IMG/VR virus record: IMGVR_UViG_3300027896_000002
Coordinates: 1-64,000 of that record
Direction: 5' to 3' (one strand)
Length of the DNA stretch: 64,000 bases
Origin: a virus
The translations under genes were made by a program, and so were the position numbers. The notes below the pieces were generated by a model. That model had not been told where the DNA came from, ran no database searches, and saw only the letters and a program-made list of their open reading frames with translations. Positions 28,916 to 39,151 of this stretch are shown here, piece by piece. The stretch's first letter is position 1, and every line of letters begins with the position of its first letter.

Positions 28916-30121
28916 TTGAACATCGTAAGCGATTATCTTCTTCTTAAACCAAATTGGGTAGACCCTGTTAGTTATAAGAGGAAGTGGCAGACGAATATTC
29001 AGACAGGGTTAAAGGGGAGCGAGCAGCGGTCTGCACTTTTCACATGGCCAAGAAGGTCTCTGTCCTATTCGATACTTTCTTTGAATTATTCCAAGACGGC
29101 ATCTTTGAAGAGGGTGCTCTATAAAAATATGCATAATCTTCTGGGAATTCCCTTTTGGCAAGATGGAACTGTCCTGTCGTCTCAAGCTGCTTTTGGGCAG
29201 AAGGTCTTAAACGTTAGATCTACTATAAATAGAAATTTTGAGGTTGGGGGTTTATGTGTCTTGGTTAATTCAGAGGTCAATTTTGAGGATGGGATCATTG
29301 ACGTTATGTCAAGTACCCAGATCACGTTGCATAGCAACCTCGCCCACACGTGGCCGATTGGCACGGAAGTTTATCCTGCTATGATTAGTCGAATTCAACC
29401 AAGTCAGCAGATTGATATGGCTACCTCTCTTTACGGAAAAATGAAGATTGATGCTGAAGAAGACTATTATGCTGGAATCGTCAGGCATATTGGTGGAGAT
29501 GAATCATTTTCATTTTATAAGGGGTCTCGGGTATTTGACTGCCAGCCGAATTGGAGTTCTGAGCTTAACTACAAGCTCTATCACCCTTATGAGCGGCTTG
29601 CGTTCTTGGGCAAAACTTTCTCGATGACTCATTATGATGAGACGGCAATTGGTTTAAATGTTCCGTATACCAAATTCAATAAAGCGTCAATTCAGAAGAT
29701 CATTGACTTTTTTGACAGTCGAAAGGGAAGGTGGGGAAACTTCTGGATGCCAACATGGCAGAACGACATGATTGTCACTGCTCCTTTTTTAGCGTCAGAT
29801 AATATCTTGAACATTCGCACGATGGATTTTTCCTCTTACTGGCTTGCTGGGGCGATGGGTTCTTATATCATTATCTTCTGGCCTGACTGGACATTTGCGT
29901 GTGGAAAAGTAGTTGATGCCACCGCAACGACTATTACTTTAGAATCAGTGATTGGAAAAAAGTGCGTTGCTAATCAACGATCACATCTTTTGGTTTGTTT
30001 TCTTCTGTGTTCAAGGTTCGATCAGGATGAGATTGAAGTCGGATATTTGACCTCTGAGGTTGCTAACGTTAGTCTTTCCTCTCGAGCCTTGTTTGATGAA
30101 GTGTCAGTGATGGAATCATGA
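28916..30121 (+). CDS. Distal tail/baseplate hub protein
   Basis: PNW...W.T.I...GSEQR.AL...PRR; FFDSRKGRWGNFWMPTW; RFDQD; follows TMP. Confidence 0.7.
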   Translation: MNIVSDYLLLKPNWVDPVSYKRKWQTNIQTGLKGSEQRSALFTWPRRSLSYSILSLNYSKTASLKRVLYKNMHNLLGIPFWQDGTVLSSQAAFGQKVLNVRSTINRNFEVGGLCVLVNSEVNFEDGIIDVMSSTQITLHSNLAHTWPIGTEVYPAMISRIQPSQQIDMATSLYGKMKIDAEEDYYAGIVRHIGGDESFSFYKGSRVFDCQPNWSSELNYKLYHPYERLAFLGKTFSMTHYDETAIGLNVPYTKFNKASIQKIIDFFDSRKGRWGNFWMPTWQNDMIVTAPFLASDNILNIRTMDFSSYWLAGAMGSYIIIFWPDWTFACGKVVDATATTITLESVIGKKCVANQRSHLLVCFLLCSRFDQDEIEVGYLTSEVANVSLSSRALFDEVSVMES

Positions 30122-30966
30122 AAGATGTTACCTCAGAATATACTAACAAGGAAAAGGCAGCCAAAAGAAAGCCCGTTGAACTTTATCACATTTGGGCAGG
30201 CGCCGGGGATCAATTGAATATTAATACCTGGTACTATACGAGCGGTGATATTATTGTGTCGTTTGGAACTCCACCCCATGACTATGTTCCTGCCACTTTG
30301 AAACGAAGTCTGGTTCAATATGATGCTTCAAATGAAGTTACAAAAATGACTTTGCAAGCCGCTTACATCGAGAATCCTGCCCTTGAATTTATTAGCATCA
30401 ACCCGATCGAAATTATTTGGATTGAGGTAATGAGACTTCACAGGGATCAGGTACCCCTTGAGGCAGACGTGGTCTTTGTTGGGCAGATCAAGAATGTTTC
30501 ATTTAAGGGGACAGCGGCAAATGCCGAGTGCGTTGGCTTTGAGCATTTTCTTTCAATGCCAATTCCCCGCTATCGGTATCAACTCACCTGTAACTGGATG
30601 CTTTTTGAACCTAAATGTACCTTAGTTAAAGATGGAAGTAGTCCTGTTTTTAAGGTTGAGACAATCGTGACGGTTGATTCTACGGGGACAATTTTAACCA
30701 GTGCAGCTTTCTCTGCATTTGATGACGGGTACTTTATCTTTGGGTCGCTTGAATTTGGAGATGATGCCCGAACGATCGTCGATCACATTGGGAGTGGGAT
30801 CACGATCAACTTTAAGATTAAGGCCCTTGTTAGTGGAGACATTATTAAAGCTTATCCTGGATGCGATGGTAGGATCACAACCTGTAGGGATAAATTTAAT
30901 AATCTTTTGAATTTTTTAGGGTTTCCTTTTATCCCAGAAGAAAACCCGACATTAAGGAATTATTAA
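30118..30966 (+). CDS. Tail protein, DUF2163/BR0599 (lambda gpL-like, Cys cluster)
   Basis: KPVELY, YQLTCNWMLFEPKC, YPGCDG..TTC..KFNN..NFLGFPFIP..NP. Confidence 0.88.
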   Translation: MKDVTSEYTNKEKAAKRKPVELYHIWAGAGDQLNINTWYYTSGDIIVSFGTPPHDYVPATLKRSLVQYDASNEVTKMTLQAAYIENPALEFISINPIEIIWIEVMRLHRDQVPLEADVVFVGQIKNVSFKGTAANAECVGFEHFLSMPIPRYRYQLTCNWMLFEPKCTLVKDGSSPVFKVETIVTVDSTGTILTSAAFSAFDDGYFIFGSLEFGDDARTIVDHIGSGITINFKIKALVSGDIIKAYPGCDGRITTCRDKFNNLLNFLGFPFIPEENPTLRNY

Positions 30967-31418
30967 TGAAGTATTTTTTTGAAGACATTGAGCGGCAAAG
31001 GAAATTAAGGAAGATTTTAGATGAATGGATCGGGACGCCTCACCGTCACCACTGTGGCGTAAAGGGGTTGGGGACTGATTGCATTCACTTTGTCGCCCGC
31101 GTCCTTGAAGAGATGGGGATATTGAAGTGGCGAAAGGATTTAGTGCCTGATTATCCACCTGACTGGCACATGCATAATACAAAAGAGCTGTTAAAAGAGC
31201 ATCTTGAGAAAGAAATTCGAGGCGAGTGGGTTAACTTGAATACCCTGGTCAATGGTGACATAACCCTTAGTTATTTTGGAAAAGCCTCATCACACGCGGG
31301 TATTTACATGGATGGGTCTATCTACCAGGCTTTGGATCGTATTGGAGTAAGAAAAATTAATTTTAATGATCCGTGGTTAAAAAAACATATAAAATTTGCA
31401 TATAGGATTTTAATATGA
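30966..31418 (+). CDS. NlpC/P60 tail-associated peptidase
   Basis: WIGTPHRH...KGLGTDCIHF, SHAGIY. Confidence 0.9.
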   Translation: MKYFFEDIERQRKLRKILDEWIGTPHRHHCGVKGLGTDCIHFVARVLEEMGILKWRKDLVPDYPPDWHMHNTKELLKEHLEKEIRGEWVNLNTLVNGDITLSYFGKASSHAGIYMDGSIYQALDRIGVRKINFNDPWLKKHIKFAYRILI

Positions 31419-33889
31419 GCACGGGTGGAGCGATTGGTGGAATATTGGGTGCAGTGATTGGCGCCCTCTTTGCTTATTTTACAGGGGGACTTAGCATTGT
31501 AGCAGGCGCCCTTATTGGGGGTTCGATTGGTTATACGGTTGGCACTATCATTGATCCTCAAAAGCCAGATGTAAGAACCGCTGGCGTTCCGATTCAGGCC
31601 CTTCAATTCATGTCAAATGTGATAGGATCTCCAATTCCTGATTTATTGGGGACGGGAAAAATTGTTGGATTTCTTCTTTGTTTTGGAAAAGAAAGAACTG
31701 TGGCAACTTGGCAAAGGACTGGAGGGAAAGGTGGTTCAGGAAGTGGTAGGCAATTCGCTGGTTATAATTATTATGCCTCTTGGGTTGTGGGAATTTGCTT
31801 AGGTCCGATTGATTCACTTTATACTATTTTTAGAGATTCGGAGGATGTCGTTTGGACGGGTGAGGTTACTCTTCCTGTATCGGGTGGGAAGCAAACGATT
31901 GCAATACCAATTATGGGGTCGGTTGATTTTTATTTTGGAACGAATGATCATCAACTTAACCCCCGCATTGCGGAGACTTTGCAGGCGGCCAGTCAATTGA
32001 CTCAAGCCGCTGGAATTTTAAGTGGAGACACAGTCATTGAACTTTCTGACAGTACCTTTTTTAATGTTAATGATCGCATCCTTATCTATGGCACAGCTAC
32101 TGAATTGTCGGCAGATTGGGAAGAAAATCATATCATCCAGTTGAAAGCTGGTGCTAATATTACCCTTACCACTCCGATGCTCTATTCTTATGTCAACGCG
32201 ACAGTCTATAATTACAGTGCAGTTGGAGGTGTAGGTACCGCGATCAATTATCCATACCGAAATCTTTGTTTCGCTTTCTTTGACGACTGTCTTCTTGGAG
32301 GTTCAAACAGAATTCCAAGCATGCAATTTGTGATTAGAAAATCTCCGGTTATTGCCTTTTCACCCTTTAATCAGATTCAAACTTTTGATTATAATCCAGC
32401 TCATGCCATGTGGTACATTTTGAAGAGCATGACTGGATTTCCAGAGGGATGGCTTCATGAGGGTGATTTCGCAGATTTGGCAGAAAAACTTGCCCTTGAA
32501 AATCGGGGGATTAGCCTTTTGATCGATTCACTTCAAGCTTGTCTTAGTTATATTGAAAATATTGACACCCACATCGATGGCATCTTGCGATATGGTTCGG
32601 ACGGAAAATTTCATCCTAAACTAATCAGAAATGATTATATTCTTGGAGACCTCCTCTCTATCGATGAATCAATGCTCATAGATGAACCAGAAATTTCGAG
32701 GAAAAGTTGGATCGATACCGTCAACGAGATGAAAGTTCAGTATTCAGAGATTACGGGGACTACAGGAAGAGTTACAGCCATGGGCCAGTATCTTGGATTC
32801 ATTCCCCTTCATTTAGAAATTGATGGGGATTATGTCTATGTTTGTGGCCAGCAGGCATACGGCGTAGGAGAAACGAGTTACTATTATGCCGCAGTGAGGA
32901 AAATGAATGTAAGTGACTTGATGATAGTGGACGAGTTTGATCTTCACCAAGCGACTGACAACTTGAACAATGCCTTTTACCGAGTTCACGTGGATGGAGA
33001 CTATTTGTATTTGGTTGGTTCTTCCTACGTAGATGGCAAGGTTCAAACTGTTATTACCAAAAGAGATAAGAATAACCTTGCTATTGGACTTTGGACAAAC
33101 TATCATTACCTTGGAGATCCAGCTTATTCGGTTAACACAGGGATGGATTGCATTACAGATAATTTTTATTTATATGTTACAGAAAGCTGGAATGATGCTT
33201 ATTACCATCAAGCGGCGTGGAGGCAAAAATTGAATAAATTGGATGGCTCCTTAATTTGGGAAGGAGGCTGGCCTTCCGTTATGACAGGTTATGATGGGAT
33301 AGTCGATGCTGATCCCTACGTTATCATAGCAGGAACGGCAGGAGGAGATAGGGCCATAGAGAAGATAAATATGGCAACGAATGCGTCTAATATATACAGT
33401 GTTTCACGTGATCGCTATTCAAACGAGGGCATTGTTTTATATGATGATGGCTATTATTATGTTTGTGGTAAAGGTTATGCAACGGCATACGGTGATTTTA
33501 GAGTTTCAGTGTTAAAATACGATGACTTTTTTATAAAGGTCTGGGAATGGACCAAAAATTATTTTACCGCTCCGCCTGATTTAGTTGAAGAATTACTTAA
33601 CTGCGTGGTAGATGCTTCGGGAGTCTATTCGATAGGACGTTTACAATATAACCCAATTCCTGGCATCTATTATTATCAGGCGGTATTTGCAAAGGTGAGC
33701 CTTGATGGCTCCCCCCTATGGGATCTTCAGCATGAGACTCAGTACCGGGCGGCCATGAGAGCGATCGGGCTATTAGATACCGATACCTTTGTAGTTGGAA
33801 CCTATGACGACAACCAGTCCGTTTCGATCGTGGATCGTTATGGCTATCTTGAAAAAAGGCTAACAGCAACGGGGGCAATGATAGGATAA
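31415..33889 (+). CDS. Tail tip/central hub protein N-terminal part with appended beta-propeller
   Basis: GSPIPDLLGT, GICLGPID, YPYRNLC, YNPAHAMWYIL, KLIRNDY, NEMKVQY; then D.dyvYv.G propeller repeats. Confidence 0.8.
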   Translation: MSTGGAIGGILGAVIGALFAYFTGGLSIVAGALIGGSIGYTVGTIIDPQKPDVRTAGVPIQALQFMSNVIGSPIPDLLGTGKIVGFLLCFGKERTVATWQRTGGKGGSGSGRQFAGYNYYASWVVGICLGPIDSLYTIFRDSEDVVWTGEVTLPVSGGKQTIAIPIMGSVDFYFGTNDHQLNPRIAETLQAASQLTQAAGILSGDTVIELSDSTFFNVNDRILIYGTATELSADWEENHIIQLKAGANITLTTPMLYSYVNATVYNYSAVGGVGTAINYPYRNLCFAFFDDCLLGGSNRIPSMQFVIRKSPVIAFSPFNQIQTFDYNPAHAMWYILKSMTGFPEGWLHEGDFADLAEKLALENRGISLLIDSLQACLSYIENIDTHIDGILRYGSDGKFHPKLIRNDYILGDLLSIDESMLIDEPEISRKSWIDTVNEMKVQYSEITGTTGRVTAMGQYLGFIPLHLEIDGDYVYVCGQQAYGVGETSYYYAAVRKMNVSDLMIVDEFDLHQATDNLNNAFYRVHVDGDYLYLVGSSYVDGKVQTVITKRDKNNLAIGLWTNYHYLGDPAYSVNTGMDCITDNFYLYVTESWNDAYYHQAAWRQKLNKLDGSLIWEGGWPSVMTGYDGIVDADPYVIIAGTAGGDRAIEKINMATNASNIYSVSRDRYSNEGIVLYDDGYYYVCGKGYATAYGDFRVSVLKYDDFFIKVWEWTKNYFTAPPDLVEELLNCVVDASGVYSIGRLQYNPIPGIYYYQAVFAKVSLDGSPLWDLQHETQYRAAMRAIGLLDTDTFVVGTYDDNQSVSIVDRYGYLEKRLTATGAMIG

Positions 33890-33893
33890 TAGA

Positions 33894-35297
33894 ATGACAA
33901 TAGATGCAATAAACATCAAACAGTCAACCGCGGACCCAATGGTCATTGATACTGGGAATCAGAAGATTCAGCAGAGGGTTGCATCAAAGACAGTTCAGTT
34001 TGGGCTCTTTACCAATAACCGAAACGCCGTGTGGGCCTGTAAGAACCAATTGAGAAAGGAGTCCTACCCGTTCGCTACGCTTAATTTAAAGATGAATCGA
34101 AACGCTTTTCCCTTTGAGATTGGCGATACCTTTAAGTTCTCTTACTCAAAATATAACATCGTAGACATGGTGGTCAGGGTTCTGCAAAGAAGTGAAGCGG
34201 AACTTGAATCAGAGGAGATTAACATCATAGTGATGGAAGACCTTTTTCAGATCACTAATACAATTTCAGAATATTCACCTTCTCAAGAACGTTCTCAACC
34301 GAGGGTTGATTATGCGGTTAAGAATATCATTCACGAAAAGCTCTTTGAACCCGTCTATGCTTGGTCTCTTGGAGAAGTAGCTATAACTCCCCTGGCCGCT
34401 CGAGAGTCTCAGATTGACCTTGGGTTCAATGCTTATATGAGTTTGGATGGTGGGGCTTCCTATTCTCCAAACCCAATTGCCCAGGGATTATTTTTTAGGG
34501 CTTATGGGGCACTTATTGGAACCTATCCCAAGGAGACTTATGAAATCGACGAGCTGGTGGGAATGGTAATCGACTTTTCTAATGCAGATGTTGACTTAAT
34601 TGAAAGTCAAACTTGGCCTATGATCCTTTCTGGGAATCAAAATCTTGCTCTTCTTGGAGATGAAATCATTTCTTTTAAGACCATCACACCAATTTCTGGA
34701 TCTCAGTATAAGCTTGAGGACATAATTCGAGGGCGCTACGGTACGGAAAAACAGGCCCATGTCGATGGCGAAACCTTCTTTTTTCTTGGCCAAGATATTC
34801 CTGTCATTACGAACAATGACATTTCAACGGGAGCTGATAGGTTCTTTAAGCTCGTAGGATTTAACGCCGTTGAGTTTGGGGATATTTCGGCGGCAACTGC
34901 CATGGAACATCAATTTTTAGGGGTGGCCAAAACGCCTTATGTCCCGATCAACTTTGAGGCTAACGGTGGCTCATTTGCCTCTCGGTATGATACCGACATC
35001 ATTCTTACCTGGTCATCAAGGTATCGAAACAAAGGAGCGGGGATCGGAATTCCAGGGACGGTTCTTTCTGATCTGACCTATGAGGGGTTGTTTGAGATTG
35101 AGGTTTGGGTTGGAGGCATCAAGGTAAGAACCCAAAGCGCCATTGACGCTTTGACATGGACTTATACGGAAGCGATGAACATCTCTGATAATGGTTCTTT
35201 GGCGAGCGAGGTAACATTTAAGCTCTCTAACTATCGAACGGAAGACGGGATCACTTACTATTCAAGCCAAGCTCAAGTGACCTGTAAAAAGAATTAG
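33894..35297 (+). CDS. Tail tip protein C-terminal part
   Basis: ESYPFA...RNAFPFEIGDTF, NLALLGDEIISF, IRGRYGT...H, ILTWSSR; continues the gpJ-like hub domain. Confidence 0.78.
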   Translation: MTIDAINIKQSTADPMVIDTGNQKIQQRVASKTVQFGLFTNNRNAVWACKNQLRKESYPFATLNLKMNRNAFPFEIGDTFKFSYSKYNIVDMVVRVLQRSEAELESEEINIIVMEDLFQITNTISEYSPSQERSQPRVDYAVKNIIHEKLFEPVYAWSLGEVAITPLAARESQIDLGFNAYMSLDGGASYSPNPIAQGLFFRAYGALIGTYPKETYEIDELVGMVIDFSNADVDLIESQTWPMILSGNQNLALLGDEIISFKTITPISGSQYKLEDIIRGRYGTEKQAHVDGETFFFLGQDIPVITNNDISTGADRFFKLVGFNAVEFGDISAATAMEHQFLGVAKTPYVPINFEANGGSFASRYDTDIILTWSSRYRNKGAGIGIPGTVLSDLTYEGLFEIEVWVGGIKVRTQSAIDALTWTYTEAMNISDNGSLASEVTFKLSNYRTEDGITYYSSQAQVTCKKN

Positions 35298-35308
35298 GAG
35301 GAAATTTT

Positions 35309-36529
35309 ATGGACAACGATAAATATGGCCTTCACGATGTCCTCTATGGAGTGCAGGGTTGGGATGCGATCATGGCCACCGACATGCAGATCATCAACGA
35401 CCAGATGCCGACGAGAATCATAGGGACTCTCGGAGAAACTGTGGTAGCCTACGAAGCCTTGTACCAAAAGGCCGCTGATTCAAAATGGTGGAAGGCTAAG
35501 GCGGATGGGGCCAAGCAGCCATGCCAGGGGTTAGCGGTTGAGGGTGGAGATGCTGATGATGAGATAAGAATTCATCGGATGGGGGAGATTACCAATGTCT
35601 CTTGGGCTTGGGCAACTATCGGAGCGGCCATCTACCTTGACCCCTCTACGGAGGGTGCTTTGACCCAAACGCCTCCAGCTGATAACGTTCAAATAATTGG
35701 TTATGCTAAGGCGGCAACCATAATGATTGTAATGATTCAGGTGGTTGGCACCGGAACCGTTATGGTTCATGCGCTTGGAGGAGACGCTCATAGCGCTGAT
35801 CTTAAGGCAAATCTTGACAATAAAATCTCAGATGGGGATCTTTTTTCTACCCTCCCTGGTGAGATTAACATTTTAACGGAGAAAGATGTTCCTGTCGGAA
35901 CTGATCTGCTTTTAATTGAGGACAGTGAAGCAGACAACGCTAAAATGAAGGTGCAAATTGCGAACTTACCCGCTGGTATACCTGCCCCTCATGCACTGGG
36001 AGGAGATCAGCACACTGCCGACTCCAAAGCCAACCTTGATTCTAAATTAACAGACGCGACACTCATTTCCACCCTCCCTGGGGAAATTGCCGTACTTGAA
36101 GAAAAAATTATTCTTGACGCTGACGATGTGATACTTGCGGAGGATAGTGCCGACGATAATGAAAAGGTAATGGTGAAAGCATCCAATCTTCCTGGCGCTG
36201 TTTTCAGCCAGGGCGGAACAATTTATAAATCAGATGGGATAGTTGACGCAGCCAACATCATTATCTGGGAGGCACCTTTTGCCTGCACGGTGACGAACGT
36301 AAAAGGATACCGGGTGGGGGGAACTGGGGCAACGATCAACGCAAGAAAGAACGGAGCGTCAAATCACCTTTCATCAAACTTATCTTTGTCAAGCACCGAT
36401 GCCTGGGAAGATGGCGGGGTGGTTCAAAATACTGCCTATGCCATTGAAGATAAGCTTGAGATCATGTTGGTTTCGGTGGCTGGCAACCCGACTCAGATAG
36501 CAATCAAAGTAAATTTCAAGAGGCCTTAA
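35309..36529 (+). CDS. Tail fibre/structural protein with internal duplication
   Basis: KWWKAKAD, GAAIYLDP..GALTQT.P, two HALGGD.H.AD.KANLD.K...STLPGEI..L.EK...D....EDS..DN.K..V...NLP repeats. Confidence 0.65.
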   Translation: MDNDKYGLHDVLYGVQGWDAIMATDMQIINDQMPTRIIGTLGETVVAYEALYQKAADSKWWKAKADGAKQPCQGLAVEGGDADDEIRIHRMGEITNVSWAWATIGAAIYLDPSTEGALTQTPPADNVQIIGYAKAATIMIVMIQVVGTGTVMVHALGGDAHSADLKANLDNKISDGDLFSTLPGEINILTEKDVPVGTDLLLIEDSEADNAKMKVQIANLPAGIPAPHALGGDQHTADSKANLDSKLTDATLISTLPGEIAVLEEKIILDADDVILAEDSADDNEKVMVKASNLPGAVFSQGGTIYKSDGIVDAANIIIWEAPFACTVTNVKGYRVGGTGATINARKNGASNHLSSNLSLSSTDAWEDGGVVQNTAYAIEDKLEIMLVSVAGNPTQIAIKVNFKRP

Positions 36530-36540
36530 AAGAGGTATAA

Positions 36541-37890
36541 ATGGCAAGACTTTGGACTTGTGGCTTTGAGCTAAATTCTACAACCACTGGGATCGAATGG
36601 TCTGGTGGTTCTCACAATGTTTCTATTGGAATAACGAACGTTAGAAGCGGGACCTATTCACTACACTTTCCAGCTAACATCCAAAGTTATATTTATCAGC
36701 ATTTTAACTCTGGTAATGTCAATGGTCCTTTCTATTTTCGTATGTATGTCTATGTGACCCATGCCCCAGCAGGTGCATCAGATATTTTAGACTTTCAAGA
36801 TTCAGGTGGCACTCATAGACTATATGTATATCTTAACGCCGATATGACCTTAACCCTGAAAGATGGGGCGGGTGTTACAATAGGGTCATCATCTGCTTTT
36901 AGTTTAAATGATTGGCATTGCATAGAAGCCAGTTATTATAACAATGGGGTGTCTGGAAAGGCTGAATTGGAAGCACGCCTCGACTATGGCGCTTTTGCTT
37001 CAACAACGACAGATGCTAATAATGGAACAGTTAATCTTGTAAATATTGGAAATGAGTTGAGTGACGCACAATTAATCTTTGACATAGATGACCTCGCGAT
37101 AAACGACAATACGGGTGCATTTCAGAATAGTTATCCAGGAAGCGGAAAAGTAATCCGTTTAAAGCCGAACGCCGATGGAGATGCACACGCATGGCTTAAA
37201 TCTGGTGGCGGTGCAGGAGATGCAAACAACTATAACCAGGTATATGAAGTAACCCCAGATAATGCGGCGACATATCTAAAGGCTTTAAACCTTAACGTAG
37301 AGGATTTTTACAATTGTGACAACTCTGGAATAGGGGCCGGTGATATCGTCAATGTGGTTCAGGTTGGTGTTAGGTTTTCAGGCTATGCCAGTGGTTCTTA
37401 TGGGCAACAATTTAAGGTTGAGTGTAAGAAAGCTTCAGCTGGAACAATTGCCCAAGGTTCAGCGATTGTAGGGGTAAATAATTGGAGAACAAATACACCT
37501 TCTCTCCCGTTTTTTCCTACTCTTACTTTACATCAAGACCCAGATGGTGGTGCCTGGACGCAGGCTACGTTAGACACCATGCAGATAGGAATGAAACAAA
37601 CTGGTTATTATGCAGGTTGTTATGATTATGTTTCTACTATATGGGCTTACGTAGATTATACCCCGGCAGCAACCACGACGACTACTACCACTACAACCTC
37701 AACTACAACGACGACAACGACGACGACCACCACGACGACGACGACGACGACCACCACCACCACTACTACCACCACCACCACCACCACTACTACGACGACC
37801 ACTACTACGACGACCACTACTACGACGACCACTACCACGACGACCACCACTACCTCGCCACCATTATTTGTCCTGTGGCTGAGCGGGTGA
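36541..37890 (+). CDS. Putative receptor-binding/lectin-like tail protein with C-terminal poly-Thr tract
   Basis: GFE..., SGTYSL, LNDWHCIE, FDIDDLAIND (ConA/LamG-like); 60 Thr + 1 Ser near the C-terminus. Confidence 0.75.
   Translation: MARLWTCGFELNSTTTGIEWSGGSHNVSIGITNVRSGTYSLHFPANIQSYIYQHFNSGNVNGPFYFRMYVYVTHAPAGASDILDFQDSGGTHRLYVYLNADMTLTLKDGAGVTIGSSSAFSLNDWHCIEASYYNNGVSGKAELEARLDYGAFASTTTDANNGTVNLVNIGNELSDAQLIFDIDDLAINDNTGAFQNSYPGSGKVIRLKPNADGDAHAWLKSGGGAGDANNYNQVYEVTPDNAATYLKALNLNVEDFYNCDNSGIGAGDIVNVVQVGVRFSGYASGSYGQQFKVECKKASAGTIAQGSAIVGVNNWRTNTPSLPFFPTLTLHQDPDGGAWTQATLDTMQIGMKQTGYYAGCYDYVSTIWAYVDYTPAATTTTTTTTTSTTTTTTTTTTTTTTTTTTTTTTTTTTTTTTTTTTTTTTTTTTTTTTTTTTTSPPLFVLWLSG
37672..37854 (+). 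repeat. (ACN)n trinucleotide tract encoding poly-threonine
   Basis: 61 codons mixing ACC/ACG/ACT/ACA, with one TCA. Confidence 0.95.
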
Positions 37891-37904
37891 GAAAGGAGAA
37901 GATT

Positions 37905-38090
37905 ATGGAAAAAGTTTTATGTAAAGATTGTAAGGCTTGGGAAAGAGATGGGGCAGACGGGATATGTTGTAAAAATGCTCCAAGGCCAGAATGTCTTCCA
38001 ATCGATAAGAAAGGATATACTCTTGTGTTGCCAAGAACCCAGGCTAATGGAGGATGCTTTGAAGGCATCCTGATAGAGGTGGCAAGTTGA
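37905..38090 (+). CDS. small Cys-rich protein
   Basis: SD AAAGGAG; MEKVLCKDCKAW...GICCKNAP...PRT...GCFEG. Confidence 0.7.
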   Translation: MEKVLCKDCKAWERDGADGICCKNAPRPECLPIDKKGYTLVLPRTQANGGCFEGILIEVAS

Positions 38091-39151
38091 AGCTAAGCGT
38101 AATTATCCCAAATCGAAACGACACAGTGATGCTTGCCATCACGGTCAGAAGCATCCTTGAAGAGCTGAAAGCCGTGGAGGGTGGCGGGGAGATCGTGGTC
38201 GTTGACAATTCAGACGAGGACCTTTGGCTAATTTTGAAGACCATGAACGTTAGCCCTCTTGCCCTTCAATACGTCGAGGAGGGGAAAGTTCAACTCATCC
38301 ATCAAAAGTTTCAAGGTATCTATTCGGCCAGGGCAGAGGCCATTCGAGCCGCCCGGGGGGAGTATGTCTATAACGTCGACAGCCACATGCTGGTCGGCCA
38401 CAACACCCTGAAGGATATGGTTGACTTTATGGACGCAGATAAAGAGGGAAAGGTTGGCTTTGCCTTCTCGCCGATCGGTTGGTTCAGTGCCCACGAGGCC
38501 CTTGCAAGGCACGATATCCGAATTGATCAGGGGACGATTTTTGGCAGCTGGGGAAAACGGTATTATAGGCCGATGAAGATCTGCTGGAACTTTGGCTCGT
38601 GCATCTGTCGAACGAGATGGTTCAATGAGGATTTTGGAGGATATGGTTTCTTTGATAAAAAAAGAATCTCATGGGGAGGGGGAGAATTTTATGCCGCCAT
38701 AAAATCCTGGCTTCTTGGATATGAGAACTGGGCGGTGCCGACAAGCCCTCAATACCACATTGGGCCATTTTCCAAGGAGATTGAAGCAAGAACATCCTAC
38801 CGTTTTAGACAGTATGGGGGTTCAGGGAACGGAAAACTTGGGATAGGGATTTTTGCAGCTTTCTATGCTCTTGGCGGAGACGAGATGAAGGAAGAGGCAT
38901 GGAACGCAGAAATTGCTGGAGTGGGTAAAAATTATGGCATCAGCGTCGAGCGAGATTGGGAAACGGCCAAGGAACTTGCCCACGAGGATTGGCTGTGGTT
39001 AAAGGAAAAGCAGAAGCTAACCTATTTTAAGCTCATGGAAAAACAACCCTGGAAAGAGGACGGATGGGGAGATTGGGAAAATTGGAAGCCAGACAAAGAC
39101 GCTGGGATAAAAAGGGTCTTCAATCTGGCCAACTTAAAAGTGATTGGTTGA
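38087..39151 (+). CDS. GT-A glycosyltransferase with polypeptide GalNAc-transferase (GT27)-like motifs
   Basis: LSVIIPNRND, EIVVVDN, AR..AIRAARGEY...VDSH (DxH), WGGGE...IKSWLLG.....VP.S..H. Confidence 0.82.
   Translation: MKLSVIIPNRNDTVMLAITVRSILEELKAVEGGGEIVVVDNSDEDLWLILKTMNVSPLALQYVEEGKVQLIHQKFQGIYSARAEAIRAARGEYVYNVDSHMLVGHNTLKDMVDFMDADKEGKVGFAFSPIGWFSAHEALARHDIRIDQGTIFGSWGKRYYRPMKICWNFGSCICRTRWFNEDFGGYGFFDKKRISWGGGEFYAAIKSWLLGYENWAVPTSPQYHIGPFSKEIEARTSYRFRQYGGSGNGKLGIGIFAAFYALGGDEMKEEAWNAEIAGVGKNYGISVERDWETAKELAHEDWLWLKEKQKLTYFKLMEKQPWKEDGWGDWENWKPDKDAGIKRVFNLANLKVIG

Noticed and set aside
35309-36529. Diversity-generating retroelement (TR/VR pair) in tail fibre repeats
   Set aside because: The duplication is an in-frame protein repeat with general divergence rather than adenine-specific changes, and no reverse transcriptase is in the window.
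37641-37904. Poly-Asp/His (+) and poly-Val (-) ORFs
   Set aside because: These are alternative frames of the ACN tract. Only the Thr frame keeps one amino acid despite third-position variation, and the real downstream gene starts at 37905 after an SD.
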